IMG/VR virus record: IMGVR_UViG_3300035670_000033
Span: 32,001-96,000 of that record
Length of the DNA: 64,000 nt
Direction: 5' to 3' (one strand)
From: a virus
Shown: one piece after another, positions 18,007 to 25,970 of the stretch
Layout of the letters: the number at the start of each line of letters is the position of its first letter
Position numbering within the stretch: position 1 is the stretch's first letter
Position numbers and translations under genes: made by a program
The notes under the pieces: generated by a model
Seen by the model: the letters and a program-made list of their open reading frames with translations, nothing else
What the model was told of the DNA's origin: nothing
Databases searched by the model: none

Positions 18007-18217
18007 GGTCTAGGTTTATCTAACAGTATCATTATATACACGGACTTGTCAAATAGCAACCTCGCCACAAACAAATGTTCGCCCACCCCTCCCAAAACTT
18101 TTATATAAGCCACCGTTCGGTTTGGGGTAATTCTTCCCCCTCCTGCTGTTGGGGCAGATCTCGCCCGCCTCCCTAGTCCCGTCGCGGATTTCTTCCGCGG
18201 GGCTGTAAAACTTTGAC

Positions 18218-18246
18218 TTGCAAATCTCAGATGACTCGGATAAACT
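18218..18246 (+). promoter_or_regulatory. SigA-type promoter TTGCAA-17-TAAACT
   Basis: Consensus match upstream of 18272. Confidence 0.65.
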
Positions 18247-18271
18247 AAACAGGTACTAGAAATGGGGTGAA

Positions 18272-18871
18272 ATGATTCAAGAAGAACTAAAAGTTTTAGA
18301 AGAAGTCACTAAACAATGGGTTTTGTGGCGCAAAAATAACAACATTCAGAAGAACTCGTGCATTTTGGCGTGCAACTTTGCGCATCAACTGCTGATCCGT
18401 TTGGGTTTGGAACACGAGGTTATTCCCGTCGGGACTACAGTCTTCAACCGCAAAGGGTGGGAGATGTTTGGGATCCCTGCCAACCGACTTCCTGATGATG
18501 CGTGGACAGTCCATTGTTCAAGCCAAACAACAGGTTCAGGTTTTGGTGGACACACCGTAATACATACGGAGAACTACTTTCTAGATTTGACGGCATTGCA
18601 GTTTTCTCGTCCTGAGCACGAAATCTTCGTCGGAGAAACCTTGATAGTCCCGTTAGAAAAGATGGAAGTCTTTGAGCGGGGCTCACAACCTCACGCAATT
18701 CACCTTGCGTTCCGTACCGACAAGTTTTGGACTTTCCCGATCGGTTCAGGTTTGTATTCGTACTACCTAGAGAAGTGGAACACGATCTACCGTAAGTCAC
18801 CCGATTGGAACATCTCGGCAAAGGAGTTAGGTATCCCGAGCATTATTGAGGAAATGCGGAAGGGTTCTTGA
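18272..18871 (+). CDS. Hypothetical protein, possible papain/transglutaminase-like Cys-His-Asp fold
   Basis: NSCILA ... GGHTVI ... LDLTALQF. Confidence 0.55.
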   Translation: MIQEELKVLEEVTKQWVLWRKNNNIQKNSCILACNFAHQLLIRLGLEHEVIPVGTTVFNRKGWEMFGIPANRLPDDAWTVHCSSQTTGSGFGGHTVIHTENYFLDLTALQFSRPEHEIFVGETLIVPLEKMEVFERGSQPHAIHLAFRTDKFWTFPIGSGLYSYYLEKWNTIYRKSPDWNISAKELGIPSIIEEMRKGS

Positions 18872-18896
18872 CTTTGAGACACCCCACCCATATAAT
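18868..18896 (+). promoter_or_regulatory. Promoter TTGACT-17-TATAAT that also carries the GAGACACCCC-class element
   Basis: GAGACA-N9-TATAAT, same register as the 13 minus-strand copies. Confidence 0.8.
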
Positions 18897-18934
18897 GGTA
18901 CTTGTAAGATAAACCTACTAAATAAGGAGACGAA

Positions 18935-19267
18935 ATGAACGAGAACACTTACCGAACAGCAAAGACCGTGCTTATCACGGCGAGCGTAACTATTGCGTCA
19001 GTATTCGCATTTAGTTTCTTGAGCAAGCAGAACACCAAAGACAACGAGTTTTTCTGCAACGGAGCACCAATAAGCGTCAAAAATGGCGACACCTTGTATT
19101 GGATTGCACGCACAAACTGTGAAGGCAACACCATGAATGTTGTAGACGAACTAGTACGAGTTTACGGAACTGATCTAACCGTTGGTGACACAATCTACCT
19201 ACCCACTCACCCGAATTGCGAACTACGCATGACAGACGGCGGACAAGTAATGGAAGAGTGCAAGTAA
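18935..19267 (+). CDS. Membrane-anchored LysM-like domain protein
   Basis: N-terminal TM segment; VKNGDTLYWIAR...L.VGDTIYLP. Confidence 0.7.
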   Translation: MNENTYRTAKTVLITASVTIASVFAFSFLSKQNTKDNEFFCNGAPISVKNGDTLYWIARTNCEGNTMNVVDELVRVYGTDLTVGDTIYLPTHPNCELRMTDGGQVMEECK

Positions 19268-19437
19268 TGGGCATAGAGAAACTAGATAACCCATACACAA
19301 CGGAGTGTCTTGACTGCGGAATAAACCTGTGGTCACAATACCTGCACTATTTAGGTATGGACAACGACACTGCACAATGTGCGAACTGTCTAACAGCGAA
19401 CCCTACTAAATATGAAAGAGAGATAGAAATAGCATGA
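19267..19437 (+). CDS. Small CxxC protein
   Basis: CLDC...CANC; coupled. Confidence 0.55.
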   Translation: MGIEKLDNPYTTECLDCGINLWSQYLHYLGMDNDTAQCANCLTANPTKYEREIEIA

Positions 19438-19559
19438 GCGAACAAAACGGACAACTACCAACCTTCGGCGAATGGTGCGATCTGCACTCTTTCAACCCCG
19501 ACAACGACGACAACTTTAGTCTCTACCTGAATTGGTTACAGAGAGAAACGAGCAAGTAA
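19434..19559 (+). CDS. Small hypothetical protein (41 aa)
   Basis: Hand-translated, coupled on both sides. Confidence 0.5.
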   Translation: MSEQNGQLPTFGEWCDLHSFNPDNDDNFSLYLNWLQRETSK

Positions 19560-19690
19560 TGAGCGACACCGAAGTCACCCTAGAAGACCTAGACGAAACA
19601 GTTAGCGAACTAGACCGTCTAATGGCGTTACTAGCAGAGCGTCTAGGCGCACGACCCGTAACCGAAGCACCTCACTATCAAGACAAATAA
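19559..19690 (+). CDS. Small hypothetical protein (43 aa)
   Basis: Hand-translated MSDTEVTLEDLDETVSELDRL...; coupled. Confidence 0.5.
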   Translation: MSDTEVTLEDLDETVSELDRLMALLAERLGARPVTEAPHYQDK

Positions 19691-19715
19691 CCCCCAACAG
19701 GGATAAACTTACCTA

Positions 19716-21650
19716 GTGTCAGAGAAATACCTCTTCCTAGCCGACGACCATTTAGTCTCAACCTCGCCATACGACCGAGAAGAAGTTGAACAAATCAAAG
19801 CCATCAACGGCGCAAAGTGGGACAAAGTAGCCAAAGCGTGGCGTATCCCAATGTCTTCAGTTGTTGAAGCGCGGGACTTCGGAATGCGCAACGGGTTCAC
19901 CATAGACCCTCAGGTTCTGACATTTGATCTTCCTGAGAAACTCAACCCAATCTTCGGTGTCACCCTAGAAAAAGACTTTATTTATATGTCCTTTGCTTAC
20001 GACCCTGTGAAAGTCAAAGCAGTCAAGGAGATTCCGAGCGTAACTTGGCACGCAAAAACCAAAGCGTGGCGTGCACCCGTAGCAAGTATCGCCGAATGCA
20101 TCAGTTGGGCAGAGAAGTTCAACCAACAAGTCCCAAACAACCTGAGTGATTTGGCTTCCAAACTCAAAGAAACACACGACGCTTCCGTGCAACAGTCCCG
20201 ATCCGTAGATGCGGATCTAGAAGTCGCGGGACTCCCACTTCTTCCATACCAGCGAGCCGGAGTGAAATACGCGTCAGCAGCCAAAAGATGCTTTATTGCT
20301 GATGACATGGGACTCGGGAAAACCTTGCAGGCGATTGCAACTTTGGAATATGTTTGGGATTCCTACCCTGCGATTGTTGTTTGCCCACCCAACTTGGTGT
20401 TGAATTGGCAGAAAGAATACGCCAAATGGCTACCTGAAAAGAAAGTCGTAACGGTTATAGACCGCAAAACCTTCCCCGAACATAAAGACTTTGATGTTCT
20501 TGTTATTGGATACTCTAACATTTCTCATTGGCAAAAGCAAATCACCAACTTCAGGTCACTCGTGCTTGATGAGTCACATTACGTTAAATCTCCAACGTCT
20601 CAGAGAACCAAAGCCGCCATCAAGATCGCCAGAACAGTCCCGAGTGACGGAATCGTGTTGTGTCTCACCGGAACACCTGTGACAAACAGACCAGCAGAGT
20701 ACGCATCTCAGTTAGACGTTCTGGGGAAACTAAACACGTTTGGTGGACTTTGGGGTTTTTACCGAAGATATTGCGGTGCTTTCAGAGACAGGTTTGGTCA
20801 ATGGAACATCAACGGCAACTCAAACTTAGATGAACTCAACGAAAGATTACGCGGAAACTGTTATATACGAAGAACCAAAGAGCAGGTCCTCAAAGATCTT
20901 CCTCCCGTGCGGCACGCAAACATCGTCGTGTCTGGTAGCCCCGCGCAGATGGCGGAGTACCGTAAAGCAGAGCGGGACATCGTGGAATATTTGGTTGAAC
21001 GCGCCAAGCAGATCGCGTTGGAAATCGGTAAATCGCCTGGGTCCGCAGCCGTCGTCGCACGCATAAAAGCCGAATCTAATGAACATTTAGTTCGTATTTC
21101 TGTGCTCAGGAAGTTGGCGGCAAGGGCAAAGATGGAATCAGTTATTGAGTTTATTGAATCTCACAGAGATGCTGGTTTGAAAGTGGTTGTTGCGGCTCAC
21201 CACCGAGAGATTGTTGATGAATTGGCAAACAAGTTTGGGGGGCTGAAGATCCAAGGAGGGATGCTGGTCTCAGATGTGGAAGATGCGAAGTCCCGTTTCC
21301 AAGAACAGCCGACGGAAGACGCACCCGTAATTGTTTTGTCCATCCAAGCCGCCAAAACCGGGCACACCCTGACGGCTGCCCAAGATGTTCTTTTTGTTGA
21401 ACTTCCTTGGACACCCGCAGATGTTGACCAAACCTATAGTCGTTGCCATCGTTTGGGACAGCAGGGTTCTGTGACCGCAACCTATTTGTTGTGTGAAGGA
21501 ACTGTTGATGAGGAGATTTACAACCTGATCAGCCGCAAACGTGGAGTCGTTGATGCGGCGACTGATGGCGGGGCTGTGGAGCGAAAGCAGGAGTCGGTTG
21601 GTCAGATGATTGTTGGGATGTTTGCGAAGAGGGGACTTGATGGCATATAG
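19716..21650 (+). CDS. SNF2-family (HARP/SMARCAL1-like) ATP-dependent helicase
   Basis: ADDMGLGKT, DESH, LTGTP, AAKTGHTLT, Q.YSRCHRLGQ; N-terminal HARP-like repeats. Confidence 0.92.
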   Translation: MSEKYLFLADDHLVSTSPYDREEVEQIKAINGAKWDKVAKAWRIPMSSVVEARDFGMRNGFTIDPQVLTFDLPEKLNPIFGVTLEKDFIYMSFAYDPVKVKAVKEIPSVTWHAKTKAWRAPVASIAECISWAEKFNQQVPNNLSDLASKLKETHDASVQQSRSVDADLEVAGLPLLPYQRAGVKYASAAKRCFIADDMGLGKTLQAIATLEYVWDSYPAIVVCPPNLVLNWQKEYAKWLPEKKVVTVIDRKTFPEHKDFDVLVIGYSNISHWQKQITNFRSLVLDESHYVKSPTSQRTKAAIKIARTVPSDGIVLCLTGTPVTNRPAEYASQLDVLGKLNTFGGLWGFYRRYCGAFRDRFGQWNINGNSNLDELNERLRGNCYIRRTKEQVLKDLPPVRHANIVVSGSPAQMAEYRKAERDIVEYLVERAKQIALEIGKSPGSAAVVARIKAESNEHLVRISVLRKLAARAKMESVIEFIESHRDAGLKVVVAAHHREIVDELANKFGGLKIQGGMLVSDVEDAKSRFQEQPTEDAPVIVLSIQAAKTGHTLTAAQDVLFVELPWTPADVDQTYSRCHRLGQQGSVTATYLLCEGTVDEEIYNLISRKRGVVDAATDGGAVERKQESVGQMIVGMFAKRGLDGI

Positions 21651-21660
21651 TTCGGATCCC

Positions 21661-21736
21661 GCCCTCGTATCGGCTCACTCTTATAAGGTGTAGAAACCGT
21701 AGCGGTGACACGGTGGTTCAAGTCCACCCGAGGGCA
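21661..21736 (+). ncRNA. tRNA-like element lacking a D-arm, TAT anticodon, long variable arm
   Basis: Acceptor GCCCTCG/CGAGGGC; T-arm GGTGG-TTCAAGT-CCACC; loop CTTATAA; variable hairpin ACCG-TAG-CGGT; no encoded CCA. Confidence 0.6.
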
Positions 21737-21876
21737 CGAAACCCTTACGCAGTATGGAGTTCACCTAATGTTTGCGGTTTGGTTACGCAATTTGCTATAC
21801 TGGAGATACAAGATTACTTGACATAGACGGGCACAAAAGAGACCCGAGACCTATCCCCAAACCGAAGGAAAATCTT

Positions 21877-22434
21877 TTGATACGCAAAGCAACTTTACTC
21901 GTAATTGCTATATATACCCTGACCTTCTGTGCCTCCGTCGCAAAAGCCTCAGCACCCGATGATGCACCCGGCAGGGGATTCATCGCGTTAGCCCCGCTAT
22001 CAATAAAAACAGCGGATCGCATCAAAACCCCTGATAAGACAGTGGTTTTTAGACACGGAGATGTCAGTTGGCTACCCGAACTCGCACTCGCTGCTGGTTG
22101 GAAGCCAGCACAGTTCAAAAAGTTGTCGCACATCATTCTTCGTGAATCAGGCGGATGCCCGAACCGCATCGGAAGTTCAATCGTTGATAAGAACTGCAAC
22201 ATCACGGGCTACACCAAGGCGACCAACAAGTCCGACTCAGGGCTGTTGCAAATCAACGGTGTGAATTGGGACTTGAAGCGCAACAAGAACGCAATTGCTT
22301 GCGTCAAACTTGGTTTCTGCACCCAACAAGACCTGCTTGACCCAATAAATAACCTGAGGGCGGGAAGACTCTTGTTTGAAGCCGCGGGATGGCAACCGTG
22401 GAATGCATGCAACTGGGATCCAACACGCTGTTAG
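21877..22434 (+). CDS. Lytic transglycosylase (SLT-like) with signal peptide
   Basis: IILRESGG, SDSGLLQIN, DP..NL.AG..LF, GWQPW; TTG start at 21877 proposed (track start 21772). Confidence 0.85.
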   Translation: MIRKATLLVIAIYTLTFCASVAKASAPDDAPGRGFIALAPLSIKTADRIKTPDKTVVFRHGDVSWLPELALAAGWKPAQFKKLSHIILRESGGCPNRIGSSIVDKNCNITGYTKATNKSDSGLLQINGVNWDLKRNKNAIACVKLGFCTQQDLLDPINNLRAGRLLFEAAGWQPWNACNWDPTRC

Positions 22435-22531
22435 TCCCGTAGCGTTTCCTGCTGTTGGGAGGGGAGAAGCCTGACAGCAGGGGACCGCTCTCTGCTGGTC
22501 AAATAATCTTGTAAAAAAGTCTTTGGATAGG

Positions 22532-22560
22532 TTGACATTCAACCACATTCCATATAAACT
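22532..22560 (+). promoter_or_regulatory. SigA-type promoter TTGACA-17-TAAACT
   Basis: Consensus match. Confidence 0.8.
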
Positions 22561-22598
22561 ATTGCATATAAACTAAACAGGAACCGAGGAGGTATCCG

Positions 22599-23624
22599 AT
22601 GACAGCAAACATAGAAGTAAACAAAGACGGAACAGCGAGATTTGCGTACGCAGGTGCACAAACACCGTGGCACCGACTAGGCAAATCAATGAATGGTCTC
22701 CAAACCATTGACGCAATGTTGGAAGCATCCCAAGCGGACTACCAAGTACTACTCACCAAAATCGCAGTAGTAGACGACGACGGCAACCTAATCAGAAACC
22801 CTGACGGTTCACCCGTGATCGTTGAAGACAACAAAGCAACAGTCCGAATGAACGACGACGGATCATTCTCACCATTCGCAACAGTGGGCAATCGTTACGA
22901 TGTCCGACAGAACCGAGAAGTTCTTGAGCGAGCAATGGCAGTCGTAGGCGCATCAAAGGGCGACGCAGTAATTGACACTTGCGGTGTCCTCAAGGGCGGT
23001 GCACGATTCTTCGCAGGCATTGACCTCGGAACACTCGTCATTGACCCAACGGGCGTAAACGACAGGATCGCACGGTACTTGGTTGTCTCCCACGGACATG
23101 ACGGTTACTGGCCGATTCGGTACGCAAATACCGATGTTCGGGCAGTATGTCAAAACACTGTGATCATGGGCATCAAGAACGCAGAGCGTCTATTCACCGC
23201 ACGACACACCCGTAACGCAGACGAATATCTGAACACCGCACAAGAGGCGTTGCAGATCTCCACTGAATGGGCGAAGAACTTCAAGATTATGGCAGAGCAA
23301 ATGTTGGCGATCCCCGTCCCACAAGCATCACAGCGGGTGGACAAAGTTCTCAACACAGTCTTCCCAATCAAACCAACGGAAACAGATTCTCAGCGACGCA
23401 ATCGTGAAGAAATCACGGGAACAATCCGTGCACTGTACGGTTCACAAAAAAACGCAGGCGGTTACGGTTTCAACGGTTGGAGTATCTACAACTCAGTAGT
23501 TGAATATCTTGACCACCACCGAAAAGGTGATGCAAGTGACCGAGCATTGGCAACCATTGAAGAATATTCGTGGGTGAACAAAGCGAAGATCACAGCACAA
23601 CACGCGGTTTTAGAACTCGCATAA
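22599..23624 (+). CDS. DUF932 (phage/plasmid-like TIGR03299) family protein
   Basis: PWHRLG, VG.RY...QN, SHGHDG......T.VR.VCQNT, HT motif. Confidence 0.88.
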   Translation: MTANIEVNKDGTARFAYAGAQTPWHRLGKSMNGLQTIDAMLEASQADYQVLLTKIAVVDDDGNLIRNPDGSPVIVEDNKATVRMNDDGSFSPFATVGNRYDVRQNREVLERAMAVVGASKGDAVIDTCGVLKGGARFFAGIDLGTLVIDPTGVNDRIARYLVVSHGHDGYWPIRYANTDVRAVCQNTVIMGIKNAERLFTARHTRNADEYLNTAQEALQISTEWAKNFKIMAEQMLAIPVPQASQRVDKVLNTVFPIKPTETDSQRRNREEITGTIRALYGSQKNAGGYGFNGWSIYNSVVEYLDHHRKGDASDRALATIEEYSWVNKAKITAQHAVLELA

Positions 23625-23650
23625 ATCTCACATCTCCTTGTTGAGGCTTG

Positions 23651-23679
23651 GATGCCACCCTTTAATCGGGGTGGTATTC
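23651..23679 (+). terminator. Intrinsic terminator
   Basis: GATGCCACCC...GGGGTGGTATTC then T-rich. Confidence 0.65.
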
Positions 23680-23686
23680 TTGTTTT

Positions 23687-24133
23687 ATGGACGATGCAGA
23701 GTGGGACGAGTTCAAAGGAGAGAAGATAGAACTCCCACCCGTAGCAATACCCAAAGACCTATTAAACGAATTAGCAGAGTTTGTGCAGAACGCACTAGCA
23801 AAGGAAAACAAACTTATGAGCCTCACAACCGAAGTATTAGACGAACTGTACCGAGAGATCAACGACGAAGACGCCGCCGCCTCACACATCATTTCCTACA
23901 TACAACGACGACACCATTGGGATGTAGAACTACTCGCCGAACGCCAAGATGTAGACAACATGCTGATGCAAAGGTTCAACATTTTTGACGAGCACATGTG
24001 GGACAAAGTTATGAACACATCAGCGATCTCTGACCTACACCACGAAACCTACAAACTGTCCCAAAAATATATTGCGTTAGCGATCAGGGAAGTTTTGGAT
24101 AAAGACGGGACTGCTGAAGAACCAGCGTTCTAA
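23687..24133 (+). CDS. Hypothetical protein
   Basis: 148-aa helical acidic ORF. Confidence 0.7.
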   Translation: MDDAEWDEFKGEKIELPPVAIPKDLLNELAEFVQNALAKENKLMSLTTEVLDELYREINDEDAAASHIISYIQRRHHWDVELLAERQDVDNMLMQRFNIFDEHMWDKVMNTSAISDLHHETYKLSQKYIALAIREVLDKDGTAEEPAF

Positions 24134-24384
24134 TCTAGATCCGAGTCATCAAGCGGGTCGCCTTCAATCATCTCAAAAGTGGCGGTAAAGCGAGTCCCCT
24201 CTTCGTTATCAACAGATACGACCTTGAACCCAAGCGAATCAAGCATCAAATCAGCCACACCACCCATATCGTCTTCAAATGTTGCGACTTCTTCGTCGGT
24301 TGTTTCATCATCAACCGCAAGGGACACAAGTATCTCCATCAGCAGGTCACGGACTTTTAGGCGGGTTTCTTCAGGTGTATTCAT
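24130..24384 (-). CDS. Hypothetical acidic protein
   Basis: ATG at 24384. Confidence 0.6.
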   Translation of the reverse strand: MNTPEETRLKVRDLLMEILVSLAVDDETTDEEVATFEDDMGGVADLMLDSLGFKVVSVDNEEGTRFTATFEMIEGDPLDDSDLD

Positions 24385-24468
24385 GGTTGCAATACTAGTC
24401 CCGCGTCGGCTATAGTTCTTGTAACTACCCAACCAAAAGGGTTGGGATTTACACTAGGAGGATCCGAA

Positions 24469-24945
24469 GTGAGTGCATCACCCGTAACGCTGGTTGGGAA
24501 TCTAACCGCAGAACCAGAACTGAAGTTTCTACCAACAGGAGTTGGTAAGTTGTCTTTCAGTATTGCAGTAAACCATTATTGGACTGACCAAGATGGTGAA
24601 AAGCAGGAGAAAACCTCCTTTTTCAATATTGTTGCTTGGCGCAACCTCGCCGAAGATGCAGCGAATGTGCTCGCTAAGGGCGTTCGTGTTGTTGTAACGG
24701 GACGGTTGGAACAACGCTCGTGGGACGACAAGGAAACAGGAGCGAAGCGTTCAACAGTTGAAGTTCTTGCTGACAACATTGGTTTGTCGGTTGGGAACAT
24801 TGACTCGTTCGTACGAAAGCAGAAGGCTGAAGGTCAAAGCGGTTCATTCGCACCGAAGGCAAAGACCGCAACCGCATCTGCGCCTGCACGCAACAAGCCA
24901 CAGCCGATGGCTCAGGTTCAACTTGAAGAAGAAGAGGCTTGGTAG
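24469..24945 (+). CDS. ssb: Single-stranded DNA-binding protein
   Basis: TLVGNLTAEPELKF, W...AE, KG.RV.V.GRL.QRSW, acidic tail; GTG at 24469 with AGGAGG RBS. Confidence 0.95.
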   Translation: MSASPVTLVGNLTAEPELKFLPTGVGKLSFSIAVNHYWTDQDGEKQEKTSFFNIVAWRNLAEDAANVLAKGVRVVVTGRLEQRSWDDKETGAKRSTVEVLADNIGLSVGNIDSFVRKQKAEGQSGSFAPKAKTATASAPARNKPQPMAQVQLEEEEAW

Positions 24946-25042
24946 AAGCGGATAGCCCCGCTATCGGATAACTTCCTCACCAATAAGTGTCACCCGTGAG
25001 TGCACTTGGTGAGGTTATTCCGTTGTTATTTCCCAAGTCGTG

Positions 25043-25408
25043 TCAACATTGCCTGCGAAGTCGTTCAATCTTTTTTTTGCTTTCTTCGTCGGTGTTGCAT
25101 TTTTTGTAGAGTTCCATTGTTTCTTCGTCTATTGCGAAGTCGGTTTCATCTCCGTTTGCTGTTGAACGACTGAGTACGACATCTCCGACGAGTAGTTGCC
25201 CGAACAGGTAGGACATTGCGACATTCGCTTCCTGTTTGAGTAGTAGTCCTTCGTCGTGTACATATGCGTGCAAATCTTTACGTAGAGGGTGACGCACGAT
25301 ATCAAACCATCCGCCAACCATGTGGTGAACCATGATGTGTGCGTCTGTTGCGGGTAGGTCTATGTGTCGTACCTCGCCGTTTGCTCTTACAAGTACTGCT
25401 GATGTCAT
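25043..25408 (-). CDS. DUF3846 family protein
   Basis: VGGWFDIV...YVHDEGLL...N..A......LVGDVVL. Confidence 0.75.
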   Translation of the reverse strand: MTSAVLVRANGEVRHIDLPATDAHIMVHHMVGGWFDIVRHPLRKDLHAYVHDEGLLLKQEANVAMSYLFGQLLVGDVVLSRSTANGDETDFAIDEETMELYKKCNTDEESKKKIERLRRQC

Positions 25409-25728
25409 TTGTCGCCCATGAATTCTGTTCCGTCTGCAAGTATGCGGACAATACGGGTGTGGTCGTATTCACGGTCTTGGTTTTCAAGACGGATTGGTAG
25501 ATAGAAGTCATTTGTTGTGCGCTTGATGTATGGGTTGCGCAGACCCGACCAAGAGACATGAACACCGCTAGGTACATAGGTCGTGAACCATGCAAACGCT
25601 TCTGCGCTGTTCGCAAATGGTCCGTAAAACTTTTGTGTTCTATCAAACGAGATTACTGCGATAAGTGGTGAGTTGAGATAGTAGGTATCTAGATACTCTT
25701 GCATCTCGTCTAGTGTTTCAATGTTCAT
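25405..25728 (-). CDS. Hypothetical protein
   Basis: Coupled ORF. Confidence 0.65.
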   Translation of the reverse strand: MNIETLDEMQEYLDTYYLNSPLIAVISFDRTQKFYGPFANSAEAFAWFTTYVPSGVHVSWSGLRNPYIKRTTNDFYLPIRLENQDREYDHTRIVRILADGTEFMGDK

Positions 25729-25970
25729 TGTTGCTCTTTCGTTGGTACTGCTATTTGGATAGTTCCCGTTTTTGTGTTGTGGGCAATCACTTTGTCGTCT
25801 TGCACCAGCAGAGTGATATCACCCGAGTATTCATAGAAATAGTCGCCGAGGTCTACCGCTCCGCATTTTGTATCTGCTACATATTGTGCGTATGCGAGTA
25901 GACGATCGGCTTCTGTTTCGTAATCGTCTTGTGGACGATCGGGGGGCATTTGCTCTTTTGGTTTGCGCAT
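25725..25970 (-). CDS. Hypothetical protein
   Basis: Coupled ORF. Confidence 0.6.
   Translation of the reverse strand: MRKPKEQMPPDRPQDDYETEADRLLAYAQYVADTKCGAVDLGDYFYEYSGDITLLVQDDKVIAHNTKTGTIQIAVPTKEQQ

Larger units (their letters stand above)
538..18118 (+). repeat. Dispersed direct repeat, core CGCCACCGTTC (extended TATAY(R)CGCCACCGTTCRRDTTKG)
   Basis: Cores at 538, 1293, 1825, 2397, 5347, 9712, 12347, 14264 (CGCTACC variant), 15394, 18108 (AGCC variant), partial at 851; all in the same orientation. Confidence 0.92.

Noticed and set aside
538-18118. CGCCACCGTTC repeats as a CRISPR array
   Set aside because: Spacing is hundreds to thousands of bp and contains genes, the repeat is short and degenerate, and no cas genes are present.
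538-18118. A conserved peptide P-N-L-N-G-G-V-Y-K as the explanation for the repeat
   Set aside because: Most copies are non-coding or contain a stop, and third codon positions are invariant while first and second positions vary.
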